Assembly (NCBI GenBank): GCA_963666365.2
Contig: CAXXNF010000002.1
Span: 480,001-544,000 of the forward strand
Direction: 5' to 3'
Length of the DNA: 64,000 nt
Source of the DNA: Syntrophales bacterium
GTDB lineage: Bacteria > Desulfobacterota > Syntrophia > Syntrophales > UBA2210
Positions 1 through 8,946 of this stretch are shown in pieces. Made by a program: the position numbers and the translations under genes. The notes beneath the pieces are model-generated. The model made no database searches, was not told where the DNA came from, and saw only the letters and a program-made list of their open reading frames with translations. Every line of letters begins with the position of its first letter. The first letter of the stretch is position 1.

Positions 1-1
1 T

Positions 2-598
2 GCAGGCGGCCAGGCGATCGCTGTCCTGGGGAGCGTTGCCTCCCGTGAAGTGGTGCAGACTATGGTGGATAGGGCCATCGAGGAATTCGGCACGCTCGAT
101 ATCATGGTGAACAATGCCGGTATTACCCGCGACGCCATGCTGCACAAGATGACCGACGAGCAGTGGGATCAGGTGATCGCCGTGAACCTGACGGGCGTAT
201 TCTATGGTATCCAGTGTGCGGCACTGTACATGCGAGAGAAGGGCTATGGGAAGATTATCAATATATCTTCCACCAGTGCTCTGGGCAACCCCGGTCAGCT
301 TAATTATGCCGCCACAAAGGCGGGTGTCATCGGAATGACCAAAACGGCTGCGAAGGAACTGGGTCCCAAAAATGTCAATGTCAATGCCATTGCTCCCGGC
401 ATGATCTGGACCGATATGATGAAAAACATGCCCCAGGCTGCCAAAGACAGAATCGATCAGATGCTTCCCACGATTGTTCCTCTGAACAGAAAGGGCTCGC
501 CTCTGGATATCGCCAACCTGGCCCTGTTCCTTGCCTCGGAGGAGAGCCAGTTCATTACCGGTCAGGTCATCTTCTGCGAAGGCGGCATGAAAGCGTAA
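2..598 (+). CDS. Short-chain dehydrogenase/reductase (FabG-like), 5'-truncated by the window edge
   Basis: Frame is open from position 2 (AGGQAIAV...). NNAGITRD, catalytic YAATK (YxxxK), VNAIAPG, FITGQVI motifs. Confidence 0.9.
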   Translation, partial: AGGQAIAVLGSVASREVVQTMVDRAIEEFGTLDIMVNNAGITRDAMLHKMTDEQWDQVIAVNLTGVFYGIQCAALYMREKGYGKIINISSTSALGNPGQLNYAATKAGVIGMTKTAAKELGPKNVNVNAIAPGMIWTDMMKNMPQAAKDRIDQMLPTIVPLNRKGSPLDIANLALFLASEESQFITGQVIFCEGGMKA

Positions 599-633
599 GG
601 TGAATATCACCCAGGCATCCTTGGAACGCGATG

Positions 634-666
634 AAAAAGGACAGCAGCTCGTGCTGTCCTTTTTTT
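634..666. terminator. Bidirectional intrinsic terminator between the convergent SDR and PAS genes
   Basis: Perfect 13-bp inverted repeat AAAAAGGACAGCA (634-646) / TGCTGTCCTTTTT (652-664), with A and T tracts on either side. Confidence 0.85.
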
Positions 667-689
667 ATTCACGCGAATCCTTTGCAACA

Positions 690-2048
690 TCATTTGACAA
701 AGTTCGGGTACAGTTTCCTCGCACACTCAGGGCAGATGCCGTGAGTAAAGTCTGCATCGGAGTGATTTTTGATGTAGAGTTCCAGTTGTTCCCAGTATCC
801 TTCATCATTGCGTATTTTTTTGCAGGAGGCACAGATAGGCAGCAGGCCGCTCAATGTTTTGATGCGGGAGAGCGCCTCTGTAAGTTGCTTGATAAGCTGT
901 TCCCTCTCCGCCTCGATCTTCTTCCGATTTGTGATGTCGCGGGCAATAAAAAGGACGCCGGAGGGTGTGCCTTCCTCTGTCAGGAGAGAGGAGCGTACCT
1001 CTGTCATGATTTCTTTCCCGGTAGCGGGCGAAATTGCTCGCCATTCATACAGAAGGTGATCCGTAAAACCCCGGCGGCGTTTTTCAATCATATCCCTTTG
1101 GCGTTCCACAAGGTCGGCAGGGACAAAATCTTTGATATTCAAACCCACAGGATCGAATCCGCCGAGGAACGAACGGGTTGCCTCATTGACGAATGTGGCC
1201 GTTCCATCCAGATCGACGGTGATGATCATGTCCCCGGCAGCTTCGGCCAGGTTCCGGTACCGCTCTTCCGATTGACGCAGGGCCTTCTCAACTGCCTTAT
1301 GATCTTCAATATTCCGCACGGCGCCGATATGAAACAAGACGGCGCCGGCGGTGTCGCGGACAATAGTTCCTACATCGCTGAACCATCGAAAGACAGCGTC
1401 TGCGCAGAAAAACCGGTACTCGATTTCATAGGCGCCGGTGTGAGTTGCATAGCCGGTAAATGTGTGTTGAAACTTCGATCGTTCGTCCGGATGCACAAGG
1501 GAAAAAATACGTTCTTTACTCCACGCGGCAACTTCATTCGCTTTATACCCCGTCATAAGTTCGATGACAGGACTGAGATAATCGTAGCGTTCAGTAAGGA
1601 CATTCCATCGGTAGGACGCGACCTGGGAGTTTTCCAGCACATGGCGGAAACGTTCTTCGCTCTCTCGAATGACATCCTGAGACCGCCTGCGCTCGGTTAT
1701 GTCGCGCACATACAGAACACCGCAAAGATCAGGGGCCTCTTTGTTTATAATGGGTATGAAACGGACGGACAGCCAGCGATCCTCTCTCGTCGTTTCAAAT
1801 CGCAGATGGGTCGATGTTTGTATCGCGTTCTTTAATTGGCTGTATTCAGACAATTCCCAGTGCGCCGGAAGTAGACTCAAAAAATTTTTTCCTATTACTT
1901 CGTGCAGTGCGATACCCAAACCATCCGCGCAGGAACGGTTTATGGCCAGCACGGTCCCCCCCACACCAAGTAAAAGAATACCATCGGGCGTGGCATTGAA
2001 AAGCGCCTCCATGGCGGTTTCAAGCTGCCTTGTCGATTCAGGGCTCAC
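690..2048 (-). CDS. Multi-PAS/PAC sensor protein with C-terminal CxxC...HGICxxC putative zinc-binding domain; no kinase domain
   Basis: Three PAS/PAC units ending RDITERR, RNIEDHK and RDITNRK. C-terminus LPICASCKKIRNDEGYW...FTHGICPEC. Confidence 0.85.
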   Translation of the reverse strand: MSPESTRQLETAMEALFNATPDGILLLGVGGTVLAINRSCADGLGIALHEVIGKNFLSLLPAHWELSEYSQLKNAIQTSTHLRFETTREDRWLSVRFIPIINKEAPDLCGVLYVRDITERRRSQDVIRESEERFRHVLENSQVASYRWNVLTERYDYLSPVIELMTGYKANEVAAWSKERIFSLVHPDERSKFQHTFTGYATHTGAYEIEYRFFCADAVFRWFSDVGTIVRDTAGAVLFHIGAVRNIEDHKAVEKALRQSEERYRNLAEAAGDMIITVDLDGTATFVNEATRSFLGGFDPVGLNIKDFVPADLVERQRDMIEKRRRGFTDHLLYEWRAISPATGKEIMTEVRSSLLTEEGTPSGVLFIARDITNRKKIEAEREQLIKQLTEALSRIKTLSGLLPICASCKKIRNDEGYWEQLELYIKNHSDADFTHGICPECARKLYPNFVK

Positions 2049-2321
2049 AGGATTGCCCCCTTGAATGCGCGCTTATACGCGTCATACTGCGTTGTCGTAT
2101 GCGATTGTTGCTGAGACAGGGCGTGCAGGTAGCGCTATCCCCCCCTTTTTCTGCATGCGATAAAGTATAGAGGGTGCAGTTCTCTGTGTCAAAGAAATTT
2201 TGGTACAAAGGGGTGTGAAAAAAATACCATATGGAGTATAGAACTATACACGGTCGTGCCGAGATTTCGGATTCCAGGGCCTGTAGTAAAAAATGCATTG
2301 CAGTTGATAAAGGAGAGAGTG

Positions 2322-2717
2322 ATGGAGGTTTTTGAGCTTTATATCCAGACACACTTTTCCGCAGCCCACGCGTTAAAGGGGTATGAGGGGGAATGCGCAA
2401 AAGTGCATGGCCATAACTGGATCATAGAGGTATTCGTTCGATGTGAACGCTTGAACGACATTGGCATCGGTATGGATTTCAGGGTTATAAAGCAGGCTGT
2501 CAAAGAGGTGATACAGCACGAAGATGAAGCCCTGCGCCTGGATCACGCGAATTTAAGCGAGCATCCGGCCTTTGTCAATGTGAATCCAACCTCAGAGCAC
2601 ATTGCCCGTTATATCTATAGGGAACTGAGCAAAAAAATACACGGCGACGGCATACGAATTTCAAAAATCAAGGTGTCGGAAACACCCGGTGCCGGTGCGT
2701 ATTACTGGGAGGAGTAA
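2322..2717 (+). CDS. queD: 6-carboxy-5,6,7,8-tetrahydropterin synthase
   Basis: FSAAH, C..VHGHNW, LDH.NL, NPTSE, VSET motifs. AGGAG RBS upstream of ATG 2322. First gene of queDEC. Confidence 0.93.
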   Translation: MEVFELYIQTHFSAAHALKGYEGECAKVHGHNWIIEVFVRCERLNDIGIGMDFRVIKQAVKEVIQHEDEALRLDHANLSEHPAFVNVNPTSEHIARYIYRELSKKIHGDGIRISKIKVSETPGAGAYYWEE

Positions 2718-3365
2718 ATGCCTCTCCTGGTCAATGAGATGTTTTTCAGCATTCAGGGCGAATCCTCCTATGCCGGGCAGCCCTGCGCATTTGTAAGGCT
2801 CACAGGATGCAATCTGCGCTGTTCTTACTGTGATACCCGCTACGCCTATGAGGCGGGCAACCGGATGACAATCAAAGAGATTGTCGGCCGGGTTGCCCTG
2901 TATCGGTGTCCTCTGGTGGAGATTACGGGAGGGGAACCCCTGCTTCAGAAAGAAACTCCTGCGCTGGTTCACGAATTGCTCAGAAAGAACTTTCACGTAT
3001 TGCTTGAAACAAATGGAAGCAGGGATATAGGGGTAATCGATGAACAGTGCGTGAGAATTGTAGACATCAAATGTCCCTCCAGCGGAGAGCATGAAAAAAA
3101 CCGTTGGGAAAATCTTAAACTACTAACAGTGAAAGACGAGATTAAATTTGTAATGGCAACCCGGGAAGATTACGAATTCGCAAAAGCGGCGGTGGTACGT
3201 ATGCGAGAGACTCCCGTAAAGACAGACATTATTCACTTTTCTCCGGTCTTCGGGCAATTAAATCCTCCCATGTTGGCAGCCTGGATTCTGGAGGACCGTT
3301 TGCCTGTGCGGCTTCACCTGCAGCTGCACAAGATCCTCTGGGATCCCGACAGGCGGGGAGTATAG
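2718..3365 (+). CDS. queE: 7-carboxy-7-deazaguanine synthase (radical SAM)
   Basis: EMFFSIQGE, CNLRCSYCDT (CxxxCxxC), ITGGEPLLQ, ETNGS, QLHK motifs. Confidence 0.93.
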   Translation: MPLLVNEMFFSIQGESSYAGQPCAFVRLTGCNLRCSYCDTRYAYEAGNRMTIKEIVGRVALYRCPLVEITGGEPLLQKETPALVHELLRKNFHVLLETNGSRDIGVIDEQCVRIVDIKCPSSGEHEKNRWENLKLLTVKDEIKFVMATREDYEFAKAAVVRMRETPVKTDIIHFSPVFGQLNPPMLAAWILEDRLPVRLHLQLHKILWDPDRRGV

Positions 3366-3374
3366 GAGCAACCC

Positions 3375-4070
3375 ATGAATAAAAAAAAGGCCGTAGTCCT
3401 TTCCAGCGGTGGTATCGATTCCACAACGGTGATGGCAATTGCCCAATCGGAGGGCTTTTTACTCTATAGCCTCAGTTTCAGCTATGGACAGCGCCATGCG
3501 GTCGAGCTTAAAGCAGCCGAACTTATCGCATGCGCATATGAGGTGCTAGAGCACCTTGTCGTCGATATCGACTTGGGAAAGATCGGCGGTTCGGCCCTTA
3601 CTGCTGATATTAACGTACCGAAAGACAGGTCTGAAAATGAGATGCCATCAGAGATTCCGGTTACCTATGTGCCTGCCCGCAATACCATATTTCTTTCCTA
3701 TGCCCTCGCCTGGGCGGAGGTGTTGGGTGCATCGGACATATTCATCGGGGTGAATGCCGTTGATTACAGCGGCTATCCCGATTGTCGTCCCGAATATATA
3801 AAGGCCTTTGAACAAATGGCGAATCTGGCCACAAAAGCTGCCGTGGAAGGGACGATGAAAATAAAAGTACGCACACCGATCATTCACATGACCAAGGCGG
3901 AGATCATCAGGAAAGGCAAAGAACTTGGTGTCGATTATGGCATGACCCACAGCTGCTATGACCCTTCTCCCGATGGAAACGCCTGCGGCCTTTGTGACAG
4001 CTGCCGGTTGAGGAAACGGGGATTCAAGGAGGCGGGAATCCCCGATCCTACCATTTATGTGAAGAATTAA
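3375..4070 (+). CDS. queC: 7-cyano-7-deazaguanine (preQ0) synthase
   Basis: SGGIDST, YGQRH, TYVPARN, GYPDCR and SCY...CGLCDSC zinc motif. Confidence 0.95.
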   Translation: MNKKKAVVLSSGGIDSTTVMAIAQSEGFLLYSLSFSYGQRHAVELKAAELIACAYEVLEHLVVDIDLGKIGGSALTADINVPKDRSENEMPSEIPVTYVPARNTIFLSYALAWAEVLGASDIFIGVNAVDYSGYPDCRPEYIKAFEQMANLATKAAVEGTMKIKVRTPIIHMTKAEIIRKGKELGVDYGMTHSCYDPSPDGNACGLCDSCRLRKRGFKEAGIPDPTIYVKN

Positions 4071-4081
4071 TCACAATGTTC

Positions 4082-4130
4082 TCGTAAGAAGCTCCTCATG
4101 CCGACACGTCGGCATAGGAGCTTCTTACGA
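4082..4130. repeat. Long near-perfect inverted repeat just downstream of queC
   Basis: TCGTAAGAAGCTCCT-C-ATGCCGAC-AC-GTCGGCAT-AGGAGCTTCTTACGA: 23 complementary pairs, one bulged base, no U-tract. Confidence 0.85.
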
Positions 4131-4225
4131 AGTCGGCAATCATGAACAATCCGCTCGATTACTTATAATCGGCAATCGCCTGTCTCTATTGAGAACAGGG
4201 GATTGCGGGGTTGTTGTCCTTTGTG

Positions 4226-4375
4226 TCAGGCGCAGCCGTTCTTGTCTTTGGCGGTGGAATCTGCGCCTTCTGTTTTTGCACTTTTTCGTTTGGCTGCGAA
4301 AACAACCAAAATAATCACAACGGCAAGTACGATAAGGGTAACTAGTTTGCCTGTACTCACGTCAATAAAGTTCAT
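4226..4375 (-). CDS. Putative 49-aa single-pass membrane microprotein (below the ORF-track cutoff)
   Basis: Manual translation MNFIDVSTGKLVTLIVLAVVIILVVFAAKRKSAKTEGADSTAKDKNGCA*: hydrophobic helix followed by KRK. RBS is weak (GAG). Confidence 0.55.
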   Translation of the reverse strand: MNFIDVSTGKLVTLIVLAVVIILVVFAAKRKSAKTEGADSTAKDKNGCA

Positions 4376-4390
4376 AACAAACTCACATGT

Positions 4391-4429
4391 AAAAGGGACC
4401 AGTCCGCGCAGGGGACTCGGTCCTTATTT
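4391..4429 (-). terminator. Hairpin, probable terminator downstream of the carboxyltransferase gene
   Basis: Minus strand AAGGACCGAGTCC-CCTGCGC-GGACTGGTCCC followed by TTTT. Confidence 0.55.
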
Positions 4430-4515
4430 ATGGGTTCTTAGGATGTAATGAGTGTTTAAGGATAGAGAACTCAATAATGAAAAAAATTCCGGAAAGCGGA
4501 TTGCCTCATCAGCTG

Positions 4516-6111
4516 TTACCAGCAATCGATGTTAGGCCGTTTTTTTCCGCTCCGCGGCACGGGTGTCGGCTGGGAGCGCAGGCCGCACATGATCCAGTTC
4601 CTCGTCTGGGCGGGATCGATAACATCGTCTATTTCAAGACAGGCCGCCATATTGATTGCCTTGCCGAGTTCGTAGTGCTGTGCCAAAAGTTCTTCAAACC
4701 GCTGCTCGCGCTTTTCCGGGTCTTCGATCGCATCGAGTTCTTTCTTGAACCCGAGGCGCACTGCACCTTCAAGTCCCATGCCGCCGAATTCACCCGTCGG
4801 CCAGGATACGATAAAATTGGATACGTGAAAACTGCCGCCAGCCATGGCCATGGAACCAAGGCCGTACCCTTTTCGCAGCACCACGCTGAAAATCGGTATG
4901 GTGGCATTGACGGCATTTGTAAATATGCGGCAGAAATGGCGTGCCTGAGCCGTTTTTTCCGCCTCCGGGCCAACCATGAACCCCGGGCTGTCGATGAGGA
5001 CGATCATGGGAATATCGAAGGCGTCGCAAAGCTGAATAAAGCGGGAGAATTTATCGGCGCCGTCGGCGTCTATCGCACCACCGAGATGAAAGACATTATT
5101 TGCTGCCAATCCGAAAGGCTGTCCTTCAATTCTCACAAGGGCGGTGACTATCCCCACGCCGAAATCGCGGCGCAATTCCAGGACCGATTCCTTGTCGGCC
5201 AGTATATCAATGACCTTTCTTACATCGTAGGCCCTGCGCCGTCGCTCCGGAACCACTTGCCGCAGCAGGAGCTGGTTTTCGCACTCCCATTCCGACAAGC
5301 TTCCCTGGAAATAGGAGAGGTATTGTTTTGCCGCCTGCACCGCCGCGGCATCGTCTTCTACGAGAATATCGACCACGCCGTTTGGTGACTGTATTGACAT
5401 GGGGCCCACTTCCTCCGGCCTGAACACCCCCAAGCCGCCCCCCTCAATCATCGCCGGGCCGGCCATGCCGATATTGGAGTTTTTCGTGGCGATAATCACG
5501 TCGCTTTGAGCGACAAGCGCTGTATTGCCGGCAAAGCAGAATCCGCTCACGATACCGACAACCGGTACCAAGCCGCTCAGTTTTGCATAGTGTGCAAATG
5601 TCATTAAGTCAAGTCCTGCCACCACCGTGTCCATCATATCCACGTCTCCGGGCCGTCCGCCCCCTCCTTCGGCGAAAAGCACCGTCGGCAGTTTCTGTTT
5701 ATAGGCGACGGTGAGCAGACGGTCTTTCTTTTTGTGATTCATGAAGCCCTGGGTGCCGGCAAGGACGCTGTAATCGTATCCCATTACCATGCAGCGGGTG
5801 CGCGATCGATCAAAAAGGTGTCCGTTTATGGATCCAATCTTTGCGACAAGGCCGTCGGCCGGGGTTCTTTTGATTAGTTCGTCCATAGATTTACGGCGCC
5901 GCTGCGCGGCCATTGTCAGCGCGCCATATTCAATCGAATCACCCGGGTCCATAAGATCGTCAATGTTTTCTCGGATCGTGCGCTGTCCTTTTTTGTGGCG
6001 CCGTTCCACCATGTCGGGACGGGCCTCGTCCAGGGTAAAATTGTGACGGGTAATCGATTCCGCCAGGTCGGCTCTGATTTCATTCGGATCTGTATTCTTT
6101 TTGTCGCTCAC
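4516..6111 (-). CDS. Acyl-CoA carboxylase carboxyltransferase subunit
   Basis: YDYSVLAGTQG, AEGGGGRPGD, FAGN, GMAGP, DSPGFMVGPEAE, GMGLEGAVRLG motifs. Likely GTG start at 6111, after AAGGGGG. Confidence 0.88.
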   Translation of the reverse strand: MSDKKNTDPNEIRADLAESITRHNFTLDEARPDMVERRHKKGQRTIRENIDDLMDPGDSIEYGALTMAAQRRRKSMDELIKRTPADGLVAKIGSINGHLFDRSRTRCMVMGYDYSVLAGTQGFMNHKKKDRLLTVAYKQKLPTVLFAEGGGGRPGDVDMMDTVVAGLDLMTFAHYAKLSGLVPVVGIVSGFCFAGNTALVAQSDVIIATKNSNIGMAGPAMIEGGGLGVFRPEEVGPMSIQSPNGVVDILVEDDAAAVQAAKQYLSYFQGSLSEWECENQLLLRQVVPERRRRAYDVRKVIDILADKESVLELRRDFGVGIVTALVRIEGQPFGLAANNVFHLGGAIDADGADKFSRFIQLCDAFDIPMIVLIDSPGFMVGPEAEKTAQARHFCRIFTNAVNATIPIFSVVLRKGYGLGSMAMAGGSFHVSNFIVSWPTGEFGGMGLEGAVRLGFKKELDAIEDPEKREQRFEELLAQHYELGKAINMAACLEIDDVIDPAQTRNWIMCGLRSQPTPVPRSGKKRPNIDCW

Positions 6112-6145
6112 ATGCGCCCCCTTTTTTTTATAATTACATGTCCGC

Positions 6146-6174
6146 TTTATAGATGTAAAGGGGGCCAATGTCAA
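6146..6174 (-). promoter_or_regulatory. Sigma70-type promoter for the carboxyltransferase gene
   Basis: Minus strand TTGACA (6174-6169), 17-nt spacer, TATAAA (6151-6146). Confidence 0.7.
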
Positions 6175-6378
6175 GAAAGGAGGAATAACAGCGCAAAAGA
6201 ACATAATCAGTGATGGAACATTTTCTGCGAAGATGATATCGTATCGCCTATGTGAAAGTGGTGATGCACGCTGATGGGAAGCAACGAAACATCATCGGAA
6301 GGTGAAAGCCGGCATGTGACGGCCTGCACCTGTGACAGTGTCCTCAATGAGCGCATAGCCTTAAGAAAGGGGGTGTCC

Positions 6379-7578
6379 ATGAAAATTCTTGCTTTAGGTG
6401 GCGCCGGCGATATGGGGCGGGCTGCTGTGACAACGCTTCTCGGCATGTTCGGCATATCATCGGTTACCGTAGCAGATGCAAATTACGAACTGGCTGAGCG
6501 ATTCGTCAGACTTATCGCTGCGGGGAATCTCTCTGCGGCGCCCATAGACGTGCGCGATAGAAGTGCGCTTCATTCCCTCATAGAAAAACACGATCTTGTC
6601 GTTTCTACAGTAGGGCCCTACTACAAATACGGAAAGACCGTGGTCGAGGCCTGTATCTCCGCCGGGAGATCAGGTATCGATATCAATGATGATTGGGAGC
6701 CGACGCTGGATATACTCGCCCTTCATGAAAAGGCTAAAAACGCGGGGATTACCTATATTACCGGCATGGGATCGAGTCCCGGGCTGTTAAATCTTATGGC
6801 GCTTCAGGCCTCAAGGGCTTTGGAACAGGTTGAAAGCATTATGACTGCCTGGTCTCTGAACGGTGGGTGGCAATCCGGTCCGAAGCAGCCGTTCCATGTT
6901 GCGAGACGGCTTCTTGGACTGGGGGACGCGGAGCGTCCAAATGCCGCAATCGAGCATCTCTTTCATGAATGTTCCAGCACCGTTCCCACATACAGAGATG
7001 GGAATCTTGTAGGAGTTGATTCAATGACGTCGGCAGGAAGTCTGCAATTTCCCGGATATGCCGACAGGCAGGTATTTCATGTGGGGCATCCCGAGCCGAT
7101 CACGCTTCCCAAAACCAGCAATGCAAAGTCCGTGTCGAATGTGATGTTTGGTGACAAGGAAATTTTTGACCTGATTCGGAGGATTGCGGACAGTATTAAG
7201 CGAGGGCGACTTTCGGTGGAGGACGGGGCACATTCTTTTGAGGACGAGGCAAAAAACCTGGCTCCGGTTTCTTCAAATATAGATGACCCCCCAGGTCTGT
7301 GCTCCGTTGTGACGGGATGGACAGGGGAAAAAAGAAAAAAAATTGCATGGGGACTCATACGCGGACCCTATGGACTTATGGCAGGTGTTACCGCGGTTCC
7401 TCTTGCAATTGCGGCCCGCATGATCGCCGACGGTCGTATTGCGAAACGGGGGGTCTTTCCACCGGAATCTTCAGTGGATCCTGAACGGCTCTTTGCCGAG
7501 TTTGCACCCTATTGCGGGGAAAATCTTGGTTCCGACGATATCATAATCCGACGGGAAGAAGCACTAGACTCCGTATAA
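6379..7578 (+). CDS. Saccharopine dehydrogenase-like NAD(P)-binding oxidoreductase
   Basis: N-terminal Rossmann MKILALGGAGDMG, STVGPYYKYG, DINDD, GMGSSPG, GHPEP, GVFPPE. AAGGGGG RBS. Confidence 0.82.
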   Translation: MKILALGGAGDMGRAAVTTLLGMFGISSVTVADANYELAERFVRLIAAGNLSAAPIDVRDRSALHSLIEKHDLVVSTVGPYYKYGKTVVEACISAGRSGIDINDDWEPTLDILALHEKAKNAGITYITGMGSSPGLLNLMALQASRALEQVESIMTAWSLNGGWQSGPKQPFHVARRLLGLGDAERPNAAIEHLFHECSSTVPTYRDGNLVGVDSMTSAGSLQFPGYADRQVFHVGHPEPITLPKTSNAKSVSNVMFGDKEIFDLIRRIADSIKRGRLSVEDGAHSFEDEAKNLAPVSSNIDDPPGLCSVVTGWTGEKRKKIAWGLIRGPYGLMAGVTAVPLAIAARMIADGRIAKRGVFPPESSVDPERLFAEFAPYCGENLGSDDIIIRREEALDSV

Positions 7579-7580
7579 AT

Positions 7581-8873
7581 ATGGCTACTGTACCGGTGGA
7601 GCGAAAGCGATTCTACGAATGGATGACTCTCGCAGGCGTGATGCTTACCTACGCCGGCATGTGCGGAGATCTTACCTACGCCTACGGCCTGTTCCTGCCC
7701 TCCATGGCCGAGGCCTACCACTGGAGCCGTTCGGTCCTTTCCGGTCCCTATGCCGTCTTTGTTATTATCGGTGGATTGCTGGGACCCGTCGCCGGTATGA
7801 CTGTCGCCAGATTCGGCGCCCGGCGGAATATAGTCATCTGTAACATCATTGCGGCGCTCGGGTTGCTGAGCATGTCCCGTGCCGATTCTATATGGCATGT
7901 GTATTTCTTTTTCGGTATTCTGGGGGGCATCGGCATTGCCTTTGCGGAATTTATTCCCCTTACCACAATAATAAATCACTGGTTCGTCAAAAAAAGATCA
8001 CTTGCTATGGGGATGCTTTTCGCGTCCGGCGGGGTCGGCGGCCTCATCATGCCGCCGGTTATCAGCTGGTTCATACTCGAAATAGGCTGGCGCCACGCCT
8101 GGCTGTATCTTGGCGGTATCCACGTTGTGCTTGCCGTGGTGATGAGTGGTGTCCTCATCCGGAACAAACCGGAAGATCTGGGGTGGATACCGGAACAATA
8201 CGGGGTGTCAGCGGCAGGGACGAGTTCCCCGGGACTGAAACGGAGGGAGGTCTATCAGACAATCACCGACTGGACGTTGCGGGACGCGCTGCATACCCCG
8301 TCACTGTGGTACATTGTGGCCCTTTTTGCGATTGTCCTTTTTGTCCTGAACCTGCTGACGACTCATCAGGTTGCCTATCTTCAGGATCTCAATTTTTCTC
8401 CCATGGCCTCTTCGACGGCCCTTGGCATCATGCTGGGCATGAGTATAATCGGCAGAGTGCTCTGCGGCGCCCTCGGCATGCGGTACGAGGGGCGGCATCT
8501 CGCCATTTTTTTTATGGCCGCAATGGCCATGGGGGTTATGGCCCTCATGAACGCCGTCAATGTATATTTTATTTATATGTATTCGATATTGGCAGGAATC
8601 GGCTTTGGCGGCATGATCGTTCTTATTCCCAATCTTATGGGCGCCTATTTCGGTCGTCTCCATTATTCGAAGATCATTGGATGGACCGCTCCCATCATCA
8701 CACTTGTTTCCGCAGTGAGCCCCGTACTGGCAGGCTACCTTTACGACGTCACGGGCGCCTATTTCATCTCCTTCATCCTTACGGCGGCGCTGCTCTTTGG
8801 CGGCATCATCATCGCCTATCTCGCCCGCCCTCCGCGGATTGTCGAGGTACGGAAACCAAATGTTCAAGTGTGA
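7581..8873 (+). CDS. MFS transporter (OFA/MCT-like)
   Basis: About 12 hydrophobic segments. ARFGARR loop motif, HWFVKKRSLAMG, YFGRLHY. Confidence 0.88.
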   Translation: MATVPVERKRFYEWMTLAGVMLTYAGMCGDLTYAYGLFLPSMAEAYHWSRSVLSGPYAVFVIIGGLLGPVAGMTVARFGARRNIVICNIIAALGLLSMSRADSIWHVYFFFGILGGIGIAFAEFIPLTTIINHWFVKKRSLAMGMLFASGGVGGLIMPPVISWFILEIGWRHAWLYLGGIHVVLAVVMSGVLIRNKPEDLGWIPEQYGVSAAGTSSPGLKRREVYQTITDWTLRDALHTPSLWYIVALFAIVLFVLNLLTTHQVAYLQDLNFSPMASSTALGIMLGMSIIGRVLCGALGMRYEGRHLAIFFMAAMAMGVMALMNAVNVYFIYMYSILAGIGFGGMIVLIPNLMGAYFGRLHYSKIIGWTAPIITLVSAVSPVLAGYLYDVTGAYFISFILTAALLFGGIIIAYLARPPRIVEVRKPNVQV

Positions 8874-8880
8874 TTGCGCG

Positions 8881-8904
8881 GACGGGCTTGGCGAATGCCC
8901 GTTT
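8881..8904 (+). terminator. Possible terminator hairpin after the MFS gene
   Basis: GACGGGC (8881-8887) / GCCCGTT (8897-8903) with only a short T run. Confidence 0.35.
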
Positions 8905-8946
8905 AAACGACAGCGAAGTGATAAAAAAAGGAGCTTCTTGTAAAAA

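Noticed and set aside
600..1835. 411-aa plus-strand ORF
   Set aside because: Antisense shadow of the PAS gene; no recognisable motifs.
2160..2320. Possible preQ1 riboswitch upstream of queD (AGAGGG...TTCTCT hairpin with A-rich tail)
   Set aside because: Lacks the conserved preQ1-I loop and AAAAAACUA pseudoknot tail.
4477..5388. 303-aa plus-strand ORF
   Set aside because: Antisense to the well-supported carboxyltransferase.
6270..6340. Cobalamin-riboswitch-like words (GGAAGGTGAAAGCC...CTGCACCTGTGA) upstream of the saccharopine dehydrogenase-like gene
   Set aside because: No P4 stem between GGAA and GGTG and no downstream B12 box; an Rfam covariance search would be needed to revive it.
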